Positions 1 through 10,447 of a stretch of 64,000 bases of DNA are shown piece by piece (the first letter of the stretch is position 1; every line of letters starts with the position of its first letter). The translations under genes and the position numbers were made by a program. The notes below the pieces were generated by a model. It searched no databases, was not told the DNA's origin, and saw only the letters and a program-made list of their open reading frames with translations. This DNA is from Kiritimatiellia bacterium (GTDB taxonomy: Bacteria; Verrucomicrobiota; Kiritimatiellia; JAAZAB01): assembly GCA_040767085.1 (NCBI GenBank), contig JAXGPF010000007.1:32001-96000 (forward strand), read 5' to 3'.

Positions 1-946
1 TGATCGCACAACGCTCCACCATGCCGGTATAGGCAATAAAAATCCCGCCGCCGCCATAACGCTCGTCGGCCGCATTGTTGGTCGCGGCATTGTAACCGAT
101 GAGCGAATCCGCGACGCGGCTGGCCGGCCCGGATTCAGACAGATAAATCCCCCCGGCGGTGGCGCTCTGGTTGCTGTTGATGGCCGGGCATCCGGCGATC
201 AGCGCGGCATTGCGGGCATAGATCCCGCCGCCCGCGGTGAGCGCCTGGTTGCCGTTGACCGTGCAAACCTGCGCCGTCGCGCTTTGGAGCCAGAGGCCGC
301 CGCCCCACAAGGTGCTGGTGTTGTTCAAAATCACGCAATTGGAAACCGCGCCTCCGGATTCGGCGGCCACGCCCCCGCCAAAACCGGAGCCAGAAGCTAA
401 AGTTACATTGCCGCTCACCAGGCAATCCGCCAGTTGCCCCAGGCAGTAAACGCCGCCGCCGTAAGTGTTGGCTTTGTTCAAGACGATGTCGCAGTTCCGC
501 ACCAGGCCGCTATCGATATAAACACCGCCGCCCTTTTTGTCAGTGGCCATATAGCCGAAAGCGTATCCATTGCTGATGGTGAAGCCATCCAGCACACCGC
601 CCGACTGGACCATCACACAGCGGTTGGAAACGGGCTTGCCGTCAAAATAATCGCCATTCAGCGATGTCTGCGCCCGGCCCACCAGGCTGGACACCACGAT
701 TGCTTTGTTGATGATGATCTGATTGGTCAACCGGTAGTACCCGTTGGAAACCAGCACCAGGTCGTCAGGAGAGGCCGCGCCGATTGCGGCTTGAATATTC
801 GTGGCGGCGTTTGACCAATTCGTAAAAGGCTCGTTGTGCCCGCCATCCAGCGAAACATACACCGTCGCGGCCGCAACCGGCCCCACGCCCGCCAGCACCG
901 CAATCAATGCCAACGCCGCCCAACGCCAGACATACATTTGTCGCAT
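1..946 (-). CDS. Secreted parallel beta-helix repeat protein (3' end runs off the window)
   Basis: Not in the ORF track; hand translation from ATG at 946 (AAGGAG RBS upstream): MRQMYVWRWAALALIAVLAGVGPVAAATVYVSLDGGHNEPFTNWSNAATNIQAAI..., signal peptide, Gly-Gly-Gly repeats; paralogous in style to 36134-37489. Confidence 0.8.
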   Translation of the reverse strand, partial: MRQMYVWRWAALALIAVLAGVGPVAAATVYVSLDGGHNEPFTNWSNAATNIQAAIGAASPDDLVLVSNGYYRLTNQIIINKAIVVSSLVGRAQTSLNGDYFDGKPVSNRCVMVQSGGVLDGFTISNGYAFGYMATDKKGGGVYIDSGLVRNCDIVLNKANTYGGGVYCLGQLADCLVSGNVTLASGSGFGGGVAAESGGAVSNCVILNNTSTLWGGGLWLQSATAQVCTVNGNQALTAGGGIYARNAALIAGCPAINSNQSATAGGIYLSESGPASRVADSLIGYNAATNNAADERYGGGGIFIAYTGMVERCAI

Positions 947-964
947 TGCTCACTCCTTTTGATT

Positions 965-1130
965 CAATTTCAAAAGTCGCCCCCTGGCACCTTGCGTGGC
1001 AGGAACGAAAGGTTAAGCGAAAACACAAGGTGTTGTTTTTAAACAACATGTGGCGTTTTGCACAACCTTGGTCTCCAGTGGGCTTGTCCGCCGCAGGTGG
1101 AACAAGCCTGTCGGGGGACTTTTGAAATTG
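965..1130. mobile_element. Candidate MITE (166 bp) with terminal inverted repeats and internal hairpins
   Basis: CAATTTCAAAAGTC (965-978) / GACTTTTGAAATTG (1117-1130) perfect 14-bp inverted repeat; internal hairpin 1081-1108; left ~55 bp recurs at 33828-33883. Confidence 0.55.
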
Positions 1131-1164
1131 TCTCCTTTTTGTCTTGAATTTTTCCGCCCGCGGT

Positions 1165-4100
1165 TCAATCGCTTGCAAACACGCCGGGGGTGCTGCCTTC
1201 CTCGAACTGGATGGCATCCAGCCAGACAGATCCTGCAACATACGGATTGATCTTGAAGGCCAGCAGATTGCGCCGGCCCGGCCAGTCCGCCGGCAGCGTG
1301 CCAGTCACCCAGTAGCGCTGCCAGTCGGACGTCAATTTGAATTTACCGGGCCAGAGCCCCGCCACTTCAATCGTCTGACCCGGCTGGCTGGCGCGTGCGT
1401 AAAATGAAAGGACGTAGGGCTGGTTGGTGGCGCCGAGCGGACCGAAGAAACAATAGGCGCCGCTGGCGGCCGGGGCATCCATGCGCAAGGACACCCGGCC
1501 CTCCCAGGGATTGTTGGCATCCAATTCCCAGGCGCAGCCGGCCTGGCCGATCCGCGGCCCTTTGAACCAGCCTCGGATATAATCCGGCCAACCCGGCAAG
1601 GCGGCTTCTTCCAGGCCCGGATTGATAAACCAGTTGGTTTTGCCCGGCCGGCCCGCCGGATCGAATTCTTCCAAAATATTTTCCTGAGCGGGATGCGGCG
1701 TCATCGCCACCCGGATGGTGACAGCGGCGTCTTCGCCGGTGCGCCCGGCCGGCCGTGTTCCCAGGGCATACGCGCGCGTGCCGTAACCTTCCAGCCGGTC
1801 GGCGAAACTGCCGCCGGCCACGGCGTACACGTTGCTGGCGAACAGGCGGACCACGCGGCCCGTGGCGCCCAGGACGGACACATGAAAGACGGCCTCCACC
1901 GGCATATCCACGCTATTGGCGGCCAGCAGTACGTATCCGCCTTCCGGCGCCGCCAGCAGGCGCGCCTGCACTGGCGGGAAATCCGCCGGCGGATGATCCT
2001 CCGGCAGGGCATAGCTGACCGTCTGCGGCACATCCGGCGCGGTCAAGCCGGGCATCAATTCCCGCACCTCGCGCGCCATCTGCACCAGGCTGTCGAAACT
2101 CCATTGATGCTTGAAGGGGTAACAGAAATAAAACAAACCGCGTGCGCCGTGAATCAGCGCCAGGTAGGTCTGGCAGGCGTGTTCCCGGGGCAGGGCCACG
2201 CGCTTATGCACGGCGCCGGCAATTTCGCCGTTCAACACCACCGCGTTGGCTTTCCGCAGGCGCAGGCTGCGCCGGCGCAGGACATCCGTCCATTTGGCCA
2301 CGCGGTTGGGCGAGGAGTAAATGCCCTTCCGCTTGTGGCCGGGCGCCACGTAAATGTCGGCGGCCATAACATCGCACCACGCGGTATTTTCATCGCCTTC
2401 CTGGAATTTTTCATTGTAGAGCAGCAGGCAGGGATGATAGCCGTCGGCGGCATTCAGCGCGGCATAGGTCCGGCGGCCGGCCGGGTTCATGTCCAGGGTG
2501 GCGGTAAAGCATGGCTCGTCGTACAGGTAATAGCCCATGGCCGCCGGATGCTCGCGGATGACGGCGGCCTTGGCCAGCGCGTGCGGCAAATTGGTCCGGA
2601 TGAAATCGCCGTACAACCGCTCCCGTTCCGGCCGGGGCAAGGCGGCATCGCGCGTCAGTCCTCCCCGGTAGTTCAGTTCATTGCTTTCGAACAATTGATC
2701 GATATACGACAGCAGCGCCAGGCCATGGCGCTGCGCCATGTCCAGGTTATCACGCACGTCGTTGGTTGACAGGTGGCGGCCGGCCATCCAGGAGATGACC
2801 GCGTTGCAGCCGGCCGCGGCCAGTTCCTGCATCGCCGCCTCGTGCTCGGGTATGTGCTTCCAGCCGAAATACACGCCAAACGGGAAAAAAGGCCGGCCAT
2901 TGTTCAGCCAGCCGCCGTTGGCCTGGTCAATCTTCCATTCCCGGCCCGGGTGAGGCGCGCGCTTGACGATGACCGTTTCGCAGGCGGCCAGCAAATCCCC
3001 GCCCTCCGCCTGCGCGCATTCCACCCGCACCGTGTGCGTGCCCGCGGGCCAGGACTGCAAATCCACATCTACCGTGCCGCAACCGGCCAGCTTGGATGCG
3101 CCGGCCAGCGCGCGCCCGCCGGCGTCGCGCACCGCCAGCCTGATCCCCGCCAGATCGCCTGGCGGCAGGTTAACGGCATAATACAGCCGCGCCGCGGATT
3201 CCAGGGTATAATAATTCCGGTCCGGGTAAACCGTCAACACCTGCCAGTCGCCCGGGCGGCCGACCGCGACCGACTGCCAGACTTCATTCGTATCCGCCCC
3301 GTATAAAACCACGCGCGCTTCCCGGTTTTCCAGGCGGGCGACCGGCAGGCGCAATTCCAGGGCATTCGTCTCCCCGCCCCGCAAATCCACCGCGGCGCGC
3401 TCGACATGCGCGGGCGCGCCTGGCGGCTGGTCAACCAAGGCCAGTTCCGCCCGGCCCGCTGCCGGTCCGTAGGCCTGCATCTCCACGCGCACGCCATAGG
3501 CAAATGCCCGGCCATCGCGCGCATAACCCGTCATCACGGCGCGTTCCAGGCGGGGCAGGAAAGGCGCGCGGAAAGCCGCCGCGTCCAATCCCTGCACCGG
3601 CACGAACGCCGCGTGTTCCCGCCACCAGGCCGGGCCGGTCGGCGCCCACCCAAACACATGCCGGGTTTCGCCGACCTTGATATTGGCGGCATCGAGCATG
3701 GGCGCCAGCACATGGATCAACAGGTTGATCCGCGCCCGGGACAGATCGCCGGTTTCCGCGATCAGGCGGCAGGGCAAAGCCAGTTCGGCGGTCCACCCGT
3801 TGCTGCCGATCCGCGTGGCCGAACGCCAGGGGATGTTCCAGTCGTCGCGCGGCCCGTTGCGGTCCTGCCGCCGGTCGCCGCGGACATTATGCGCGCTCAA
3901 GCGGAACCAGTACCATAGTTTGCCATCCGTGCCCGGATCGAATGCCAGCTTGACGCAGTCTTCCCTTTGAACCGGGCCATCGTGCCGGTCTTCCCGGGGT
4001 AGAATCCATTGGGGGGCCGGATGCGCCACTTCGAAGGCCGCGTACAGCCATGCATCATCCCGCGCGATATACGCCCGGTGCGGATGCGGCAACGCCACGC

Positions 4101-4299
4101 GGCCGCCATCAAGCAGATGAAAATTCGTAACGCTGGCCGCCTGGACCCAACAGCCGTCATCCAGGCAGCCGTCCAGCACCGGGGGCGGACCATTCAGCGG
4201 CGCCCGTAGTGCCAGCGCCGGCGGCGCGGCCTCCGCCCAGCGGACAGCGGCGTATCCCAGGCCAATCAGCAGCCAACCGCAGCCCATCCATGCGCGCAT
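1165..4299 (-). CDS. Large secreted glycoside-hydrolase-like protein (N-terminal CBM9-like domain, TIM-barrel, C-terminal carbohydrate-binding-like domain)
   Basis: Start re-placed at MRAWMG (GGAG RBS); PVLDGCLDDGCW and WTAELALP CBM9-like motifs; NGRPFFPFGVY and GYYLYDEP GH-A-like motifs. Confidence 0.7.
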   Translation of the reverse strand: MRAWMGCGWLLIGLGYAAVRWAEAAPPALALRAPLNGPPPVLDGCLDDGCWVQAASVTNFHLLDGGRVALPHPHRAYIARDDAWLYAAFEVAHPAPQWILPREDRHDGPVQREDCVKLAFDPGTDGKLWYWFRLSAHNVRGDRRQDRNGPRDDWNIPWRSATRIGSNGWTAELALPCRLIAETGDLSRARINLLIHVLAPMLDAANIKVGETRHVFGWAPTGPAWWREHAAFVPVQGLDAAAFRAPFLPRLERAVMTGYARDGRAFAYGVRVEMQAYGPAAGRAELALVDQPPGAPAHVERAAVDLRGGETNALELRLPVARLENREARVVLYGADTNEVWQSVAVGRPGDWQVLTVYPDRNYYTLESAARLYYAVNLPPGDLAGIRLAVRDAGGRALAGASKLAGCGTVDVDLQSWPAGTHTVRVECAQAEGGDLLAACETVIVKRAPHPGREWKIDQANGGWLNNGRPFFPFGVYFGWKHIPEHEAAMQELAAAGCNAVISWMAGRHLSTNDVRDNLDMAQRHGLALLSYIDQLFESNELNYRGGLTRDAALPRPERERLYGDFIRTNLPHALAKAAVIREHPAAMGYYLYDEPCFTATLDMNPAGRRTYAALNAADGYHPCLLLYNEKFQEGDENTAWCDVMAADIYVAPGHKRKGIYSSPNRVAKWTDVLRRRSLRLRKANAVVLNGEIAGAVHKRVALPREHACQTYLALIHGARGLFYFCYPFKHQWSFDSLVQMAREVRELMPGLTAPDVPQTVSYALPEDHPPADFPPVQARLLAAPEGGYVLLAANSVDMPVEAVFHVSVLGATGRVVRLFASNVYAVAGGSFADRLEGYGTRAYALGTRPAGRTGEDAAVTIRVAMTPHPAQENILEEFDPAGRPGKTNWFINPGLEEAALPGWPDYIRGWFKGPRIGQAGCAWELDANNPWEGRVSLRMDAPAASGAYCFFGPLGATNQPYVLSFYARASQPGQTIEVAGLWPGKFKLTSDWQRYWVTGTLPADWPGRRNLLAFKINPYVAGSVWLDAIQFEEGSTPGVFASD

Positions 4300-4543
4300 G
4301 ATGACACTCCGTGAACAGAACGGCCCCGGACCGGCGCCAGCCCGCAATTTGCCATGACGGCGGCAAGCGAACATTAACGCACGCGATACTATCCCGCCGC
4401 CGGCGCCGGCTGTCAACTGCGCAATCCGCGGCAGGCTGCCAGAGCGGCTCAATTAATTTCTTGATATATAATGCTGCAAAGTTTTCAAGCTTATGTTAGA
4501 TTTGAGCCACTTTTTCAACCAGTGACCGAGGAGGACTGTCTCC

Positions 4544-5611
4544 ATGGCGCGCAACCAGGGCGAACCGCACTACCGCCGCATCATGGCGGCGTTGTTGACC
4601 CGCTGTAATCAGCCGGCGCTGAAAGGCGAACGCCTGCTGTCCGAACGGGCGCTGGCCGCGCGCTTCCACGTTGCGCGCAATACGGCGGCGCGCGCGCTCC
4701 GCGAGTTGTGCGAACGGGGATACCTGCACCGGCGGCGGGGGGCTGGCACCTTCCGCGCGCGCGCCATTTGCCCGGCGATCCTGGCCTGGGGGTACCATGT
4801 TTCCCGCCCGCCCTTCAACGTTTTGTTCGAATGCCTGCAATACGCGCTGGCGCGCGAGGGGTATAGTCTGGCCATCCGCGATTTCGGGGTGGACGGCGGC
4901 AAAATGCCGGACCTCATCCGTGATCCCATCCTGCCAAGGGCCAGGGCAATTTTCTGGCTGGCGCCCAGCTACCCGGCGGCGCTGGCCGCCGCCGCCGAAC
5001 AGTGCCAGAAACTGCCGGCGGAACTGCCGCTGGTGCTGGTCAACGACCTGATGGGAGTGGAACTGCACGGCCGGCAGCGCGTGGACCTGGTCCACTTCGA
5101 TTATGCCGAGGCCGCCCGGCAACTGGTCGGACACCTGGCGGCAGCGGGCTGCCGCCACCCGCTGCTGATCCGCCGCACCTACCTGGACGCGCGGTACGCC
5201 AGCGAGCAAATCCGTGTCGGTTGGACCGCCGCGTTGGCGGAGCGGGGCCTGCCGGATGCGGAAGCCCATGTGGTCAACTGGAATCCGGAAACGCCCGGCG
5301 GACTGGGCGCCCTGCTCTATCCGCCGCCGGCCGCGCGCGGATGGCAGCCGGATGCCATCCTCCTGCCATGGGCATTCAATGCCGCCTTCCTGCGGCATTG
5401 CCGGGCGCAAGGAAATCCCATCCCGAAAACCATGCCGGTCATCGGATTCGGCCAGAACAAAGGCCGATTCCGCTTACCCATGAATTACCGCCGGCTGGCC
5501 GAGATGTGCGCGGAACTGCTGGTTTCACGCCTGCGCCAGCCCGCGCGCGGCAACTGGCATGCGCTCGTTCCCCTGCCGGTCATAACCTCCCGGACCGGCG
5601 CAGCGCAATAA
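4544..5611 (+). CDS. GntR-family regulator with periplasmic-binding-type sensor domain
   Basis: GERLLSERALAARFHVARNTAARALREL...RGAGTF winged HTH; GAGGAGG RBS. Confidence 0.85.
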   Translation: MARNQGEPHYRRIMAALLTRCNQPALKGERLLSERALAARFHVARNTAARALRELCERGYLHRRRGAGTFRARAICPAILAWGYHVSRPPFNVLFECLQYALAREGYSLAIRDFGVDGGKMPDLIRDPILPRARAIFWLAPSYPAALAAAAEQCQKLPAELPLVLVNDLMGVELHGRQRVDLVHFDYAEAARQLVGHLAAAGCRHPLLIRRTYLDARYASEQIRVGWTAALAERGLPDAEAHVVNWNPETPGGLGALLYPPPAARGWQPDAILLPWAFNAAFLRHCRAQGNPIPKTMPVIGFGQNKGRFRLPMNYRRLAEMCAELLVSRLRQPARGNWHALVPLPVITSRTGAAQ

Positions 5612-5680
5612 CCAGCCTACGCGCCGCCGCTGACCGGCCGCACGGGTTAAGATTGATTCTCGCACGCGCCGTCCGCCAGG

Positions 5681-6727
5681 TCAGTGGCGCATTGCCAGCA
5701 CCACGCCCAACGTCCGGTCGGGATGGTCAAGCAGCATGTCTGCCGCCTGCCCCACCTGTTCCAACGGCAGCCGGTGTGTGATCATCGGCTCCACCAGCAG
5801 GCGTTTCTCCGTCATGAGCGCCGTAATCTCGCGCAAATTGCGCTGGGTGGTGAACTGGACGAAGGCCGCCGGGTAATCCCGGCCATATTCATAGGCCTCA
5901 TCATGATAGCCCGGGCCCGTCCGGGCGGAGGAAAGCACATCCAGGTTGCCCATGCCGGCGCCGCCCCGGACCGCAAACGTGCACCCGCCCACCAGGATCA
6001 CCCGGCCCATGCGGTGGCCGTCGGCGGAAAGTTTCATGCATTTGTAAAGCGACTCGAACGCCTTGGTGGCATCGCCGCCGAACGCCATGATGCCGAAATC
6101 CAGGCCATAGGGCGCGGCAAATTCCTCCGTCAGTTTCTGGGCGTCAGCGCGCGTAAAATTCACGCATTGGCGGATGCCGCAACGCCGCGCGGTGTCAATC
6201 CGGAAATCCAGGGCTTCCCAGGCCATCACCCGCGCGCCGCTCAACTGCGCCAGTTGCGCGGCCAGGTTGCCGACGATGCCCAGGCCCAGCACCGCGCCGA
6301 ACTCGCCCAATTCCGGCCGCGCGCGGCGGACTGACTGCAATGCCGTCGCGCCCAGGCAGGCGAAGCACGCCTGCTCGTAAGGCAGATCGTCGGCAATCGG
6401 ACAGAGCATGTTGACCGGCACGCAACTGTAATTGGCATGCTGGGCATGCCCGCCCATGGCGGCCACGCGCATGCCGGGGCGCAGGCGCGGAAAATCACCG
6501 CGCACTTCCAAAATTTCACCGGCGGCGGAATATCCGAAGACATATTCCTTGGCGTCCGGCGGCGGCTGCGTGCGGCGCTGTTTGACCCCGTTCATTTCCG
6601 TGCCGGGGCTGATCAGGGTGGCGTGGGTTTTGATCAGCGCCATCCCCTCCTTCAACTCCGGCAGGGGCTGCGTCCGCATTTCCACCCGCCCGTCCACCGT
6701 AATCACCGCGACTTGCCGTTCTTTCAT
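5681..6727 (-). CDS. Zinc-type (MDR) alcohol dehydrogenase-like protein
   Basis: LISPGTE, GYSAAG, VLGLGIVG Rossmann motif, PMITHR; start re-placed at MKERQ (AAGGAG upstream). Confidence 0.85.
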   Translation of the reverse strand: MKERQVAVITVDGRVEMRTQPLPELKEGMALIKTHATLISPGTEMNGVKQRRTQPPPDAKEYVFGYSAAGEILEVRGDFPRLRPGMRVAAMGGHAQHANYSCVPVNMLCPIADDLPYEQACFACLGATALQSVRRARPELGEFGAVLGLGIVGNLAAQLAQLSGARVMAWEALDFRIDTARRCGIRQCVNFTRADAQKLTEEFAAPYGLDFGIMAFGGDATKAFESLYKCMKLSADGHRMGRVILVGGCTFAVRGGAGMGNLDVLSSARTGPGYHDEAYEYGRDYPAAFVQFTTQRNLREITALMTEKRLLVEPMITHRLPLEQVGQAADMLLDHPDRTLGVVLAMRH

Positions 6728-6833
6728 TGCTTTGCTGGCGCTCCTTGCATGATGGATGTATTCCGGTTTTTTGATTTTTGTGACCAATGCTTCCGGCCCG
6801 GCGGCGGCCGATACCCCGCCGGCGCCCGCAACC

Positions 6834-7946
6834 TCACGCGCCGTATTCCGCGGGATCAATCGCCACCGGCCGATTCTGCCGGATCGAATCGTAGGCCTTT
6901 AAAGCGCAGACCGTGGCGCGCGCGCCGTCCACGGCATTGATGCCGAAGCGCCGGCCTTCCACCACCGCCGCGGCGAATTCCGCCATGGCATGGGCATGCC
7001 CCTTGTCCAGCGACGGTGTGGGGAAGCTTTTGCCGCCCAGGTGAACTTCCGCGATGTCGTAATCCGGGCGGGCGGCGAATTCCTTGCGGTAAAATCCGGT
7101 CATGCTGTCCTCATCCGGCAGGATCTTGTTTTCGCCGGCGGGCGGGAACGTGCGGATGCAATTGCCGCCCGGGCCGTCCAGGCGGAGCTCGAAAAAGTTG
7201 TCCAGCACGAGCGTGCGGTTGTTGCAGAACGACTCTAAAAGTTCCTTGGGATAGAAGAGGCCGCCCTTGCCGCCGCAGAGCATCATGGCCAGCGAGCCGC
7301 CGGCATACTTGATGATGACGGCATTATCCGTTTCCAACGGGCCGGCGGCGAAAATCTCCACCGGCTCCTCGTCCAGGAACCAGGCCAGCAGGTCGAAGAT
7401 ATGGCAGCCTTCGGCCAGCAGGTGGCCGCCGCCGTCGTTCAGGTCGAAGACATAATGCGGGCGCACGCGATGGTCATCCACGATACGGTAGACGATGTTG
7501 GCGGCTTTCCCGGCCTTGTAACCTTGAAACAGGCGCCGGGCCTCCACCATGGCCGGTGCGAACCGGCGGTTGAATCCCACGCCCACGTTGATGTCCACCC
7601 CTTTGAGTACCGCCAGCACCTGCCGGGTTTCGTCGTAGGTCTGGGTCATGGGCTTTTCAACGTAGATATGTTTGCCGTAGCGGGCGGCCAGCTCGATAAA
7701 AGAGGCATGGCGCGCGCCGCGGGTGCCCACCAGCACGGCGTCAACTTCCGGATCGCGGAACACATCTTCCGCCTTGGTGGTGCAGCGCTCCGGCTGGTAT
7801 TCCCGGCGGCGCTGTTCCAGGAGTTCCTCGTTGACGTCGCAGAGGGTATGGATGCGGATATTGGGATTGCGGCGGATGTTGGGCAGATGCTGGCGGGCCA
7901 TGAAGGCCCCCACTCCGATGGCCCCGATATTAACAATACGGCTCAT
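6834..7946 (-). CDS. Gfo/Idh/MocA family oxidoreductase
   Basis: IGAIGVG, HIYVEKP, VGFNRRF, GCHIFD motifs; start at MSRIVN (AAGGAG upstream). Confidence 0.9.
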   Translation of the reverse strand: MSRIVNIGAIGVGAFMARQHLPNIRRNPNIRIHTLCDVNEELLEQRRREYQPERCTTKAEDVFRDPEVDAVLVGTRGARHASFIELAARYGKHIYVEKPMTQTYDETRQVLAVLKGVDINVGVGFNRRFAPAMVEARRLFQGYKAGKAANIVYRIVDDHRVRPHYVFDLNDGGGHLLAEGCHIFDLLAWFLDEEPVEIFAAGPLETDNAVIIKYAGGSLAMMLCGGKGGLFYPKELLESFCNNRTLVLDNFFELRLDGPGGNCIRTFPPAGENKILPDEDSMTGFYRKEFAARPDYDIAEVHLGGKSFPTPSLDKGHAHAMAEFAAAVVEGRRFGINAVDGARATVCALKAYDSIRQNRPVAIDPAEYGA

Positions 7947-8139
7947 GCAATCTGGCTCCTTTGATATTCCGGCATAGTTCAATCTTCAATCGCCGCCCGT
8001 GTCGCGGCAAACCGCTGAGTCTGGAAGCAAAGCCAAATATTTATCATATTTCATGGAGCATGCAACCAAAATGACATCAAAATGAACAGCCGATTTGAAG
8101 CCTTCCTTGCGGTGCCGATTCTGTTGGCAGCAATTCCTA

Positions 8140-8443
8140 CACATGCCGCCACCTCGCGCAAACGAATCCGCACCCCGTTGGGCAATTCCACCTCAACCGG
8201 CGCCAACCCGCCTACCGCCATCTTGCACTTCGCGAATTTGAAGCCAATTTGGTGCTGGCTGCCGCCGGATACTTGCGGCGCCTTGCGGCACCATGTACTG
8301 AATGTGGTGGGGTGGATGCCGCGTTGGGAGCAAAACCGCGCCTAAGCAACTCCCGCCTCCCGCTATCCCCGCACCAGTCCCTGCCGTTGCGCCGCTGTCC
8401 GCAGCGCGCGGCCCCGTCTGTCTCCGCATTGTTTGGTCTTCAT
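8140..8443 (-). pseudogene. Degenerate IS66-family TnpA (HTH accessory protein) remnant
   Basis: Hand translation: MKTKQ...LVRG*REAGVA*ARFCSQRGIHPTTFSTWCRK...APVEVELPNGVRIRL; two in-frame TAG stops; no tnpB/tnpC follow. Confidence 0.65.
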
Positions 8444-8606
8444 GCCGCTGGTCTATCAAATCCCGGCGGCCCTGCATACGGGGTGCTCGGCCAAACCGCC
8501 CTACTTCTTTTTTGCAGGTACGTATTTGTAAACATTTGTCATCCCGCAGCGAATATCATAATTATAACCGCCGATCGAATATATCTCGTCGTTTAGCACA
8601 CCTAAT

Positions 8607-10447
8607 CCTGATCCAAGCGAAGAATTTATGGAAATGAGAGGATAAGATGCTTGAAATGCCCGCCAGTATTGGTTAAAGTGAAGTTGATATAAAACACTAA
8701 GACCAACGAAAGGGGGCATTTCAAGTGAGCAAAGGTTACCGGGAAATCATACGGAATTGCAAGAACAAAATTGAGCGCAAACTGGCAAATTATCGCGGCG
8801 GGCATGTTGACAACACGGTGCCGGTCTTGTCGGCGAGCAACATCCATTACGAGATGGCGGACAAGGCGCAGGGGATGAATTGCGGGGGGATTGGGGCGAT
8901 CCACCAGATGGTTAAGCGCCTTGGCTTGACCGACGAGATTGACCGGCGAATGGGATTGCTGAAGCTGCATATGCCGTATCATGAATCCGATCATGTATTA
9001 AATATTGGCTACAACGTTTTACTTGGCGGCGTACGGTTGGAAGATATTGAATTAAGACGCCAGGATGAGGTGTTTCTGAAGGCGTTGCAAACCGAGAGCA
9101 TGCCTGATCCGACGACGGCGGGCGATTTTACCCGGCGTTTTACGCCGATGGACATAGAGCGGTTGATGGAGTGCTTCAATGCCGGGCGGCGGCGGGTATG
9201 GAAGAGGCGCGGGCGCAAGTTATTGAGGGACGCGTTGATTGATGTTGACGGCACGATTGCCGGGACGCTTGGGGAATGCAAGGGCGGGATGGAAATATCC
9301 TACAAGGGGGTGTGGGGGTATCACCCGCTGGTGGTGAGTTTGGCGAACACCAAAGAGGTGCTGTTTATCGAGAATCGTCCGGGGAATGTCGCCAGTCACG
9401 CAGGATGCGTTAAATGGATTGACAAGGCGATCGATCTGGTATGGCCGCATGCCCGGACGATCACCTTGCGGGGCGACACGGATTTTTCGCTCACGGCACA
9501 ATTCGATGGTTGGGCGAAGCGGGTGGATTTTGTGTTTGGGATGGACGCGCATCCCGCGTTGGTCAAAAGAGCCGAGGCGTTGTCAGAGGCTGATTACCGG
9601 CCGCTAAAGCGGAAGGCCAGGTATGAGGTTGCCACGACTGCGCGGCGGCGTCCGGAAAAAGTCAAAGAGCAGATTGTGGTGCGGCGCGAGTTCGAGAATC
9701 TGCGTTTGGACGGGGAGCAGGTGGCGGAGTTCCGGTATCGTCCTGGGAAATGCGGGCGGGATTATCGCGTGATAGCGCTGCGTAAAAACATCAGCCACAT
9801 TAAAGGCGAGGCGATGCTTTTTGACGAGATTCGATATTTCTTTTACGTCACCACCCGTGAAGATCTGACGCTGGCGCAGGTGGTGGAGTTGGCCAACGGC
9901 CGTTGCGACCAGGAAAACGTGATCGAGCAACTGAAAAACGGCGTGAATGCGATGCGTATGCCGGTGGATGACCTGGTCAGCAATTGGGCGTACATGGTAA
10001 TGGCGGCGCTGGCATGGAATTTAAAGGCGTGGTTTGCGATGATGGTTCGGCGTCAAGATCGCCGGACGGAATTGCTGCGCATGGAGTTTCGCCGGTTTTT
10101 ACACGCCATAATATTATTGCCAACACAAATTATCGTGCAGGGGCGCCGGATTACATATCGGCTTTTGGCGTACAATTCCTGGCTGACGGATTTTTTTGCG
10201 GCATGGGAATATATCCGGCGAACGAAATTCGCCTGACAACATATTTTCCCGGGCAGAAGGCTGGAGCGAGACGCAAGTTACAGTCGAGGTGTATTTAAAA
10301 CCGGCTGTATTTTGAGGAAAGCAAGGTGTGTGCTGATGGAACCGGGCAAAACGGACGCAAATCATCAAATTAATTGCACCGGGAAATCAATTTGGGTGCA
10401 TAAATCGCGAAAAATCAGAGCGCTCGAACAACCTCGCTTATTTTAGG
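8607..10447 (+). mobile_element. IS1380-family insertion sequence
   Basis: Imperfect IRs CCTGATCCAAGCGAAG / CCTCGCTTATTTTAGG; flanking direct repeat CCTAAT at 8601-8606 and 10448-10453. Confidence 0.9.
8725..10236 (+). CDS. IS1380-family DDE transposase
   Basis: [41 protein letters not shown] motifs; intact 503 aa. Confidence 0.92.
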   Translation: MSKGYREIIRNCKNKIERKLANYRGGHVDNTVPVLSASNIHYEMADKAQGMNCGGIGAIHQMVKRLGLTDEIDRRMGLLKLHMPYHESDHVLNIGYNVLLGGVRLEDIELRRQDEVFLKALQTESMPDPTTAGDFTRRFTPMDIERLMECFNAGRRRVWKRRGRKLLRDALIDVDGTIAGTLGECKGGMEISYKGVWGYHPLVVSLANTKEVLFIENRPGNVASHAGCVKWIDKAIDLVWPHARTITLRGDTDFSLTAQFDGWAKRVDFVFGMDAHPALVKRAEALSEADYRPLKRKARYEVATTARRRPEKVKEQIVVRREFENLRLDGEQVAEFRYRPGKCGRDYRVIALRKNISHIKGEAMLFDEIRYFFYVTTREDLTLAQVVELANGRCDQENVIEQLKNGVNAMRMPVDDLVSNWAYMVMAALAWNLKAWFAMMVRRQDRRTELLRMEFRRFLHAIILLPTQIIVQGRRITYRLLAYNSWLTDFFAAWEYIRRTKFA

